Assembly: GCA_002104905.1 (NCBI GenBank)
Contig: MCFE01000703.1
Location: forward strand, 1-43,814
DNA: 43,814 nt
Direction of reading: 5' to 3'
From: Basidiobolus meristosporus CBS 931.73
Taxonomy: Eukaryota > Fungi > Basidiobolomycota
Numbering within the stretch: the stretch's first letter is position 1; every line of letters begins with the position of its first letter. The notes beneath the pieces are model-generated. The model was not told the DNA's origin. It did no database searches and saw only the letters and a list, made by a program, of their open reading frames with translations. Both the position numbers and the translations under genes were made by a program. Shown here piece by piece: positions 1 through 9,985 of this stretch.

Positions 1-702
1 GGTAGGATTCTTCTGCAGAGCATCTGTTTCATTTGTCATTGCTTCTGATTGTCTTTGTTGATAGCAATTGTGGCCCTTGTGATTAGTCATTGTAGGCTTT
101 CCAATTCCACACACAACTGAGTCATGGTCAATGGCAATCTTGATGGCTTCTTCAATAGTCTGAGGTCTTCCATAATTCACTTCCTTGCAGGTTCTTTCTT
201 TCAATCCATCAATGAAGTATTTCACTTGATCCAGGAGGTCCATTCTTACAATTTGTTGAAGTAGACATCTATATTTATAGATGTACTCTTGAACCATTCC
301 TTTCTGTCTGAGTGTCTTCAACTTACTTCTTAGTAGTGTTTGCTGGTGTGGATGTTCAAAAGCATCCTGAGTTTCCAGCATAAACTCATCCCAGGTAGAG
401 TTTGTAGAGCATCCCTTCATGGAGGCTGACCTGATTTTGCTGTGATACCACTGTAAAGCTGCACCTGCCAGGTAACAGGCAGCATAGTATAACTTGCTTT
501 CTGGAGTAATTCCCTTAGCCTTGAAAGCTTCTTCAATGTGGAAGAGCCAGGTTCTCAGGTTTTCATTGACTCTACCATGGTACTTCACACTAAAGCTGCT
601 CTTGATAGGGTTTTGCTGGCTTTGGGCCATGGTAGTCATTCCTTGTTGCTGCTAGGCCAGGATTTGCAACATAACATTCTTCCATTCTTGATTTTTGGAC
701 AT
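1..702 (-). pseudogene. gag: gypsy gag (degenerate, truncated by window edge)
   Basis: Minus-strand translation from ATG at 702 gives MSKNQEWKN...WLFHIEEAFKAKGI...AALQWY...YFIDGLKERTCKEVNY, matching ORF 13880..14854; contains an in-frame stop and small deletions. Confidence 0.9.
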
Positions 703-747
703 CTTGAGGGAGCTTCTTCTTTCTTCAGGAGGGAGGTTTCTGATTGT

Positions 748-758
748 TGCTGCCACCA
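748..758 (-). promoter_or_regulatory. primer-binding site (TGGTGGCAGCA, variant of TGGTAGCAGCA)
   Basis: TGG-starting motif 1 nt inside the 5' LTR; same position as 14901-14911. Confidence 0.75.
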
Positions 759-759
759 A

Positions 760-1126
760 TGTTACAAGTCTTACTATATGAGTTTCAGAGGAATAGGGAG
801 TTTGGCTAGTAATTTTTTCACTAAAACTTGCACTGATATTTATTGAGGTTACCGCAGCTCCTTATGTACACTTCACCAGATCAATTGCTGACTAATTGTA
901 TTTCCTAACATAGGTTGCAACTGATGACTCATTGGATTGCATCATCATCGCCCAATCAGATCACACTTAATATATCATTTCTGTCTGATACAGATCTGCT
1001 GACTGCCTTGCTGACTAGCGTTACTGATATGATAGATAACACTGATATACTGATAGGCTAATCATATGGCTCATTGATTGACTAAAATCTGATCTAACTT
1101 CTACATTCATGCGGTAAATCATAACA
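760..1126 (-). repeat. 5' LTR of gypsy copy 1 (367 bp, TGTTA...TAACA)
   Basis: TG...CA ends with terminal inverted TGTTA/TAACA; diverged homolog of 14913-15280. Confidence 0.9.
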
Positions 1127-2702
1127 CTTGTCCAAAGCTGGCACTCTGCAGGCAACCTGATGCTTCTTTCCTGCTTGTTTCAAGCACTTTGCACATGCTG
1201 TGCTAGGCTCCTGAGGTTACTGCTGGTTTTAATCACTTCCAGGCCCTTCACTGATACTTCGACTAGGTGCATCTTGAGTAGAACTATGCTTTTTCCTTCA
1301 TCTATGTTGTGCTAGTGCATCTGTGTCTGCCTGCTTTTTCCTTATTGGCAATCTCCCAGCTACCTGATATCTCTTTGATGCTTGTTTGGAGCTTGTTGCC
1401 TTGCTTGTAACAGGCTCTTGAGGTGCCACTAGTTTTTAGCCATTGCACCCTTGTTCTTCTGCCTTTGATAGTTTCTGCTACCCTTGAGATACTTTGCTAG
1501 CATACCAATACTGGCCCAACATATGTTTGCTTGCTTGAATCCAGCATAATGCTGTTGAAACAAGTCAAGTGCATTCTACTTAACCTTGAGTTCCTGATGG
1601 TCCTGCGGAATGCCAGCCTCAAGGTGTTGGCATGCTAGACTTCTCACAGCCTCTTGCATATTAGTCCACTCTTCATCATTGAAGTCAATGACTTCACATA
1701 TCCTCAATGTCATTTGATTTTCAGGCTATAGGATTAACACTAAATCTTCACCCTCCCATGCTGTGATAAGTTTTTCTATAGGCTTTTTCTTTGGGTACCG
1801 TTGTTGTGCCTCAAAGGCTGTATGGTGCTGCACTGGTGTTACATTGGGAAATGGCTCAATTCATGACTGTGACATTGAGCTGCTTGAGTTCCTTCATTGC
1901 AGCAAATATACAACATTCTCTGCCTGGGATATTGATTGCTCTACACCTTTCACCACACATCCTGTTTCTGGACTATTTCCTGATTTCTCTGAGCCATTGC
2001 TTCTATCCTATCAGTTGCTGCACCTAGTTGCCTCATTAATGCTTTGGTATGGGCTGATAACATAATGCTAATACAGGTGGTGATGATGTTATGATGGCCA
2101 CTTACTGGTCTTCAGCATTGGTATGGAAGTGAGTAAAACCAAAGGGGAAATAGTGTTACATATACATGTGTATGTGATGCCGCAACTTTATTGGTACTGC
2201 TTACTAAGATGGGCCATCATTGAATATTTTACTCATGTAGGTGCAATATCTCAAATACAAGACTATCTTAAATTCACATGAGTATTGACAAAAAAGTGTT
2301 ATAAGAGTGTAAAGTTGTTGAGTGTCATACTGTATGCTCCATGGACAAAACTACATTGATTTAATGCTGTAAGTGAAGAGAAAAAAGTACATGTGACTAT
2401 TGCAGCTAGTCTCTCAGCCATGAAGCATGCAGATAGCATAGGAAGTATTACAAGGATCATGGCCAGTGTTTTCCCCCATAAGTCATATTTGACTACTCAC
2501 CAGTCACTAATGTACCAATAATATCTTGCCAGCCACTTGATACTTCTATAACAGCACCTGGCCATACTTGTCACCTTGTGCAAGCTGAGTCAGGTGAGCT
2601 TGTGACACCTTTAGGCTCACCCCAGCCTTCTGAATATGGCATATAGATTGATAGCTTTAAAGAAGTGGGCTCATTGATGTATGGTGAGTGTATATCCCCT
2701 CA
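1127..2702 (+). mobile_element. CACTA/CMC-like transposon copy I, left part (ORF2 remnant on -, transposase N-terminus on +)
   Basis: 1440-1720 is the reverse complement homolog of 6707-7020; 2340-2700 is homologous to the transposase N-terminus at 5500-5860; resumes in register at 8419. Confidence 0.8.
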
Positions 2703-2719
2703 CCTGATGAAAAATAACT
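2703..2719 (+). repeat. CMC terminal inverted repeat (transposase-distal end)
   Basis: Same end motif (GGACCAAA...ATAGGG) closes other copies at ~17020, ~36396 and 38213. Confidence 0.65.
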
Positions 2720-3066
2720 TGGTCCTGCAGGTGGATCCAATTCCAGATCAGCCATCAGGATTCTGTTAAGAGACCATCATAATACCAGCAGCTTGGAATT
2801 AGCAACCCTCTTAACAATCTTATGATGGGATCATAATGGTGTTTTGCTACTTTTACTACCAACTAAAGTGATAAAGCTTGATGGAATTTGATTGGTGCTG
2901 GGACAAAAGTTGCATGGTATTGTTACGGTCTTATTACACTCTACAACTATTGTAAATGGATCCAACTGGCCAGGACATGTGAATGTCTTATATGGCAAGA
3001 AACTCAACAGTATAATAACTAGCTCACAGCAAGACTCTAATGGCATCATATTGGCAGTATGGTGGC

Positions 3067-5881
3067 CTAAGGCGGGTTCTGTATGATGCTACTGTACCAA
3101 TTTACTAAACAGTAATTCCTTTTTCTACCTCCCCCTTTATAATTCACATATTCCACTGTATAATAACCCCTCTTTATTTGCTTACCCACTAATACTTTGG
3201 GTATTCCACATATATTTTGAATCAAAATAACTATGGCCTCCTGCTTACTAACCTCTACAAACATGCACACCTGCCACAATTGACATATTTCTATCACCTG
3301 AGCTTTGCGGCTTTTTAGTGTGATACATGCAAAGCTGCCATATACCTTGTATTGCTGGTAACATACACATCTTGCCAACATATGCTTGGCTGCAGCCACT
3401 TCTGCCATGTATACCTCCTTAATATTGGCAAAGAACTTCTTGGTATTTAGCAATTATATTCCTTCTCACTGCTGGATTCTAGTCCCCCATATAGGTGTGC
3501 TCTGGCTCTTGTTTGTGTGAGCTCCATACTGAATAGCGTAGAAGTTGGCTTGGGACCAAGAGATATCCGGCATATCTTGGTAAAGTTTTCCCAATAAAAA
3601 TTAGCTGCTTGTTGCACCCAACCCAACTTTGCATGACTCAACTGATTACCCATCCATTGGGGCTGCTTAACTCTTTAATGCCACAGACATAGGTGTCTCC
3701 ATGTACACATTTGTCCTCAGTACTTTCAGCTTGTTCTGGCTGTCCTCCATGCGCAAACTCATCACATCCATGATGGACTTGAGGGTAATATTCTTGATGA
3801 TATTGGGATATGGTAGCACCTGCAACTTGACTGGTCTTCCTCTCTCCCCACACATCTGCTCTATAGGAACTTCCAAGAGGTGAAGCAAGGCCCAATATTT
3901 TCCACACACTGCGCAAGATGAAGTACAAAATGGATACCGTGGCAGCAGAGATCTAAGCATTCAGCTTTATATTTGTAGTATAACCGCTCAAATCCTGTAA
4001 TAAACTCCTTGCACAATAGCTGCAGATGTGTCAAGTTGGCATTGGTGATCTGCTTCTGGATAAATATTCCTATAATGTTCACATATAACTCCCAATGCTT
4101 CCAGGGTACTCTTAGTGGGAATGGCTTCAGAATGCCACCTGAATAAATACATATCCAGTTCATCCAGTCTTTGCACTTGTATTGTTGCATACGCATCCAA
4201 ATGTTGATCGGAGCCTGTGAGAAGTACTTAGGGTAGCAGATACTGTGTAATATCTTGCCAATTTTTTCAAATTTCTCCGGTATCTCAAAGGGCTGATTGA
4301 GCTTGAAATGCTCTATGTACAACTTGGTTATCAGTATAGGGTAGTGTTGAAAAGCAAATGTATTGCTCCCAGTGGAAAGCTTTTGTTCCAACAGCTACAC
4401 TCTACCTTAAGTATGTCCAGTTTCCATTTGATTACCTATTCCGGCCAACAGCTTATAGCTTGCCAACTTTGCTGCAATTGCATGCGGACTTCTGTACTTT
4501 CTTACTGTGGAAAGATGATGCTCTTAGTGCTGGTGTTTGGATAATAATAATGTGTATGAGTGGTGGAGTAAATCCCCTGGATCTCACACATTTGATAGCA
4601 ATACCATCCATTGTGCCCAGAAAAACCAGCTATCTTGCCAATGGATGGGTATCTTCAAAGCAGATAATAATATGTGCTTTTACGTAACAGCCATTTACTG
4701 TTGTCCTGCTGGAAAGCATATAAAGCTCACTCAGCAATAAATACAAGTAGCTATCCAGGTTGGATGGTGATTTAGACCCAGATACCAGTGAGACTACCAT
4801 CAGATTATTGCTCTGTTACCATAAGCTGGGTGGCAGATTCAGATTGATGAGAATCAGTGGCCAGCAGGATTTGCTGGTAAAGTACCTGTTTAATGAGAAT
4901 CCATCAAGTGCTAAGGCAAAGGCCTGGTTATACATATCTTCAAAGTAGCCCTTGCTTCTTAGCTGTTTGCAATATTTGCCATAAAATATATTGGATATCT
5001 TTGCACTTGATTGATACTGAGTGCAGTACTGTATAGCTTTGCAATATTTGTTGGACTGCATCAGCTTTGCCAGAGGGGGCTTACTGGAGTATATCAGAAG
5101 TGTGAACAATGTTTTCTCTCATTGCTGATGGATTCCTGACAATTTGGACACATTGCAATGGTAGCATTTTTGGATGTTATTGCCATGCAACTGTTACACA
5201 TGCTGGAATCAGGCCAGTCTCCAGATCATATGTTGCCAGCAGCATGACGGTTGTCTGCTTGTACAATGTACGTGGTAAGTTGAATCCCAGAATGATTTTA
5301 GCAAGAAGTAGTAATATATCTTCAAAGCTCCCATTTCTCATTTTAGTGGAAACACACCACTTCTCTAGCCATAACATTACATCATTCACCAGTAGATGGA
5401 TTACTGGGCTCACTTGGCCCCATAAAGTATCCTTGGCATTTGCTTTAATGGGTGCTGTCTCATTGCATATTGGGATTTGACCAGGCTCACATGTGGTGCT
5501 GTTGTTAGGGGAGATAGGCTCACAATCCATCAGTGAACCTTCTTTGTCAGAGCTATCACTCTGCAGGCCATATTCAGAAGGCTGAGGTGAGCCTAAAGGC
5601 ATCACAGACTCACCTGACTCAGTTTGTGCAAGGTGACAAAGATGGCAAGGTGCAGATATGGAAGTATCAACTGGCTGGCAAGATAATGTTGGTACAGTTG
5701 TAACCGGTGAATGGTCAAATATAACTTGTGTGTCAAAACACTGACTGAGGTCCTTATAATGCTTTCTATGCTGTCTGCATGCTTCATGGCTGCAAGGCTT
5801 GCTACAATAGCCACATGATCTTTTTTCTCTTCTCTTACAGTGTGGTGGGGTATAGGTCCAAGGGAGAGATACATCCAACAC
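3067..5881 (-). pseudogene. Tnp2/Transposase_21 (CACTA/EnSpm-type) DDE transposase, fragmented
   Basis: Motifs ALALDGFS...SCWPLILINLNLPP, HFVLHLAQCVENIGP..W.FP.EQMCG...VKLQVLPYPN, N-terminal CGYC...H zinc-finger-like; multiple stops and frameshifts. Confidence 0.88.
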
Positions 5882-6063
5882 TTCTCATGTTATTTAAGAT
5901 TGCATCTACTTCAATGCAAGATTTGATGATGACCTGCCATAGTAAGCATTATAAATAAAGTTGTGGCACCACATATACATGTATATGTAACACTATTTCC
6001 TTTTTGCCTTGACTCACTTTCATACAGATGCTGCCAAAATAAAGCAAACTTGACTGGTTCTCA

Positions 6064-8100
6064 TCATGCACCGCCACTCATGGCAACAGAAGAACAGTTG
6101 GACAACAGCTTGCTTTGACATTCAGTGCAACAAGCCAGGCTACATCTAAAAAAGGCCATGTTAACAGTGTGCCCGCTAAAGGTAATAATATAGACTCTGC
6201 AGGCTCTCAGTCTAGTAGGTAATTGAGAACCTCTGCAGACCCACAAGCTGACTGTTATGCTCAGGCAGATGAGAATGTAGCAAACACAGTATCCTCAGCT
6301 GAAGACCAGCAAGTGGCCATCACAGCTTCACCACCACCTATATTAGCAGTATGTTGCCAGCTCATACTAAAGCAATAATGAAGCAATTAGGTGCAACGGC
6401 TGATAGGATAGATGCAATGTCCCAGAAAAATCAGCAAATAGTGAAGAAACAGGATTAGTGGATAACTTGTGCAGAGTAATTAATATTCCAGGTAGAGAAA
6501 GCAGCTTCTTTGCTGCAAAGAAAGAACTCAAGTAGCTCAATGTCACAGCCAAGAATTGAGCCATTTTCCAATGTAACAGCACGGGAGCACCATGCAGTCT
6601 TTAAGCTCAACAACAGTAGCCAAAGATAAAGCCCACAGCAAAGCCTATCACAGTGTGAGAGGGAGATAATGTGGTTTTTATATTGAAGCCCAAAAGCTGA
6701 AAAACATTGAAAATCCATGAAGCTGTTGTGTTTAATAATGAAGAGTGGACTAATATTCTAGAGGCCATAGGAAGTCTAGTAAGCCATCATGTCAAGGCTG
6801 GCATACCATGGGACCATCAGGAACTCAAGGCCATGCAGAATACTCTTGACCTGTTGCATGAGCATTGTCTTGGATTCAAATGGGTAAATAGGTTTTGGGC
6901 CAGCATTGGTATGCTAAGAAAGTATCTTAAGAATAGCAGAAACTATCAAAGGCAGAAGAACAAAGGTGCCATGGCTAAAAACCAGTGGCTTCCTTAAGAG
7001 CCTGTCACAAGCAGGACCAAAAGCTCCAGACAAGCATTGAAGAGACATCAGGTAGCTGGAAGAGTGCCAATTGGGGACAAGCAGGCAGACCTGGATTCAA
7101 CGGCACAACATTCATCAAGGAAAAAGCATTGTACTACTGAAGAGGCACTCAGTCAAAGTAGCCATTGAGGACCTGTTGGTGATAAAACCAACAGCTTTTA
7201 CAGGGGCCTGTCACAACTACTCCCAAGAGCTCACAACAAGCAGAATAGAAATGTCATGTTGCCAGAAGAGTGCCAGCACGGGACAAGCTGGCCAAAAGAG
7301 ATGTGTCAGAGCTGAACTCATCAAGGAGAAAACATAGTTCTTTACAAGATGCACTCAGACAACATAGCAGTGAAAGACCTGTCAAAGACCAAGTAAGGTA
7401 AAGGAAAAAATATCTACCCAAGCCTGAGAAAGGGAGACATGCAAAAAAACTACAGTTCTGGTCAATTAATGCTGCAAGCCAGGAGCAGACTGAATCCCTT
7501 CATGACCAAGAAGAATTATCAACAAGAAACCAGCTGCTTTCACAATAGTTAAAAGTGCAGCCCATTGAGCTACAGTCCAGCAAGGTAGATGAGTTTGCAG
7601 AGAAAGGCAATTTGCCTACTACAGTCTCCACATCCTCTATTTTTGACATAGTGGAGATCCCACTGACAGACAAAGTAGCAATGTCATGAGCTCAAAAGAC
7701 TATCACAATGCCTTCAGTGGAAGTTTGGAACATCAATAGGCACACCAAGTGGTTGCAGCACTTCTTTGAGAGCAGTGCTCAATAAAATACAATTGAATAT
7801 TTCAAGGATCTATTGCAAAGACTGGCAGAAGAGGTGATAGACCTTGCAGTGCTGGCTGAAGACCAGGATGTGTGGGAACTGGTGAATGAACCATGGCATA
7901 AAGCCATTGGGTCCTGCCAAAGTCATGGAACCAGAGAGTTACAGCAAAAGTACCTATTGAGTAGTGTATTTTAATGGAGTTGCTTGTTGAGTGTGGAGTT
8001 GGGCTTAATATAAGTGTAGGGTAGAGCAACTTGTATAGGTCAATATTACTGGCAGTTGAGACACAACTGAAGCTTGAACAGAAATAAAACAATTGGTATG
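6064..8100 (+). pseudogene. CMC-element ORF2, unknown function (boundaries approximate)
   Basis: Core 6707..6997 (EEWTNILEAIGSLVSHHVKAGIPWDHQELK...WASIGMLRKYL) is conserved in three copies (1440-1720, 18180-18324/23009-23200); downstream block YFKDLLQRLAEEVIDLAVLAEDQDVWE is conserved at 17460-17660. Confidence 0.6.
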
Positions 8101-8401
8101 CATGAAATGCAAGAGAAACAATTGAGTCAGGAAGTAAGGAGTGTGAAAAAGAGGCAATAGCCATTCAATGCACACAAATGTAGGTGGTGATAGAGTGTCC
8201 AAGATCAAAAAGTGAGCAAATTGGCAGGGAACCAATCAAAAACCACTTATACATTGTTGTGATGAAATATTTTGACCAAGTTTTTTGTGAAATCTGGGGT
8301 GCAATTATTTTTCAATGGTCCCAGGACAGTGTCCTAACAGGATTAGTACTTCTTAGTCATGGGACTTTAACTTTGTGACAGCCTTTTGACGTGATCATTA
8401 C

Positions 8402-8418
8402 AATAATTTCTCACAGGG
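8402..8418 (-). repeat. CMC terminal inverted repeat (ORF2-distal end)
   Basis: AATAATTTCTCACAGGG; 14/17 match to the consensus of the opposite ends (CCCTATGAAAAATAATT). Confidence 0.65.
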
Positions 8419-9481
8419 TAATAACAGTACCCTGCATGGGCCTGGAACAATTCTGTTATGCTATGAGAGAACACCCAAGGAAAAAAATGCTGAGGATCCC
8501 TTATGGAGTCAAGTGAGCCATGTGATATATCTACTGGTGAATGATGTGATGTTGTGGCTAGACAAGTGGCCCTTTTCCACCAATACCAATAATGGGGGCT
8601 TTGAGGATTTACTACCACTTCTTGTCAAAATCACCCTGGGATTCAACCTACAATGTGCATGATATAAATGGACTACCTTCATGTAGCTGGCAACATATGA
8701 GCCAGAAACTGCCCTGATACTAGCATGAGTTAGCAGTTGCATTGCATTTACATCAGAAAATGGCACCATTGCAAGGTAACCAACTTGTCAGGAATCCACA
8801 AGCATTGGGAGAAAACATTGTTCACATTCCAGATATATTTTGGAAATACTCTGTCTAAAGAAGCTCATGCAGTCCAACAAATATTGTGGAGCCATAAAGT
8901 ACCTTGCTCAATATTGCGCAAGTGCAAATATATCCAATGTATGGGATGGCAAGCATTACAAATAGCCAAGAAGCAAGGGCTACTTTGAAGGTATTTTTGA
9001 CCATGCCTTTGCCTTGGCACTTGATGAATTCTCATTAAGCAAGTACACTACCAGCAGATCCTGCTGGCCACTGATTCTCCTCAACTTGAATCTGCTGCCT
9101 TTTGTATGGTATCAGAGCAGAGATCTGATGATAGTCTCACTGGTATCTGGGCCTAGATCACCCTCCTGCTTGGATAGCCGCCTGTATCCATTGCTGGGTG
9201 AACTTTATATGCTTTCCAGCAGAATAACTGTAAGTGGCTGTCATGTCAAAGCAAATATTATTATCTGCATTGGACATACACCAGTCATCAGCAAGGTAGC
9301 TGGCTTTTCTAGGCACAATGGATGGTACTGCTGTCAAATGTGTGAGATCCAGGGGACTACTACATAACTCACACATATGGCTATTATCCAGACACCAACA
9401 CTAAGTACATCATCTTCCTGCAGAGAGAATGTACAGAGGTCTGCATGCAATTGCAGCAGAGTTGGTAAACTACTAGTCATT

Positions 9482-9973
9482 TGTTACAAGTCTTGGTATA
9501 AGAGTTGTAGAGGAATAGGGAGTTTAGCTAGTATTGTATTCACTAAAACTTGAACTGATTTTTATTGAGGTTCCAGCAGCTCCTTATATGCATTTTGCCA
9601 GATCAATTGCTGACTAATTGTATTTCCTAATGTAGGTTGTGGCTGATGACTCATTTGATTGCATCATCATCACCCAAAAAGATCCTACCTAATATATCTA
9701 TTTCTGTCTGATAAGGATCTGCTGATTCATTTGCTGACTAATTGTATTTCCTAATGTAGGTTGTGGCTGATGACTCATTTGATTGCATCATCATCACCCA
9801 AAAAGATCCTACCTAATATATCTATTTCTGTCTGATAAGGATCTGCTGATTCATTTGCTGACTAATGCTACTGATTTCATAGATAATACTGATAAACTGA
9901 TAACCTAAACATATACTAATTGATTTGACTAAAAACTGATCTAACTTACACATTCAAGCGGCAGATCATAACA
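9482..9973 (-). repeat. 3' LTR (492 bp) with 124-bp internal tandem duplication
   Basis: TGTTACAAG...CATAACA; TTGCTGACTAAT recurs at 9607, 9731, 9855 (period 124). Confidence 0.95.
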
Positions 9974-9985
9974 TTCTCCCCTACT
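9974..9985 (-). promoter_or_regulatory. polypurine tract (AGTAGGGGAGAA)
   Basis: Purine-rich run abutting the 3' LTR. Confidence 0.8.

Larger units (their letters stand above)
1..1126 (-). mobile_element. Ty3/gypsy LTR retrotransposon copy 1 (5' part only; continues beyond window start)
   Basis: gag remnant, PBS and LTR are colinear with and clearly homologous to 14150-15280 of the complete gypsy element. Confidence 0.93.
2703..8418 (-). mobile_element. complete CACTA/CMC-like transposon copy II (~5.7 kb), inserted inverted in copy I
   Basis: Degenerate 17-bp TIRs (CCTGATGAAAAATAACT / rc CCCTGTGAGAAATTATT), 3-bp TSD TCA/TAA; flanks rejoin as TATATCCCC-TAA-TAACAGTACC, in register with TATCTCCCC-TAA-CAACAGCACC of the uninterrupted copy (rc ~5500-5520). 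Confidence 0.78.

Noticed and set aside
538-846. Antisense ORFs over TE genes (e.g. 538..846, 14600..14794, 13305..13544, 28936..29208, 30615..30992)
   Set aside because: Opposite strand or shadow frames of well-supported retroelement or transposase frames, with no motifs.
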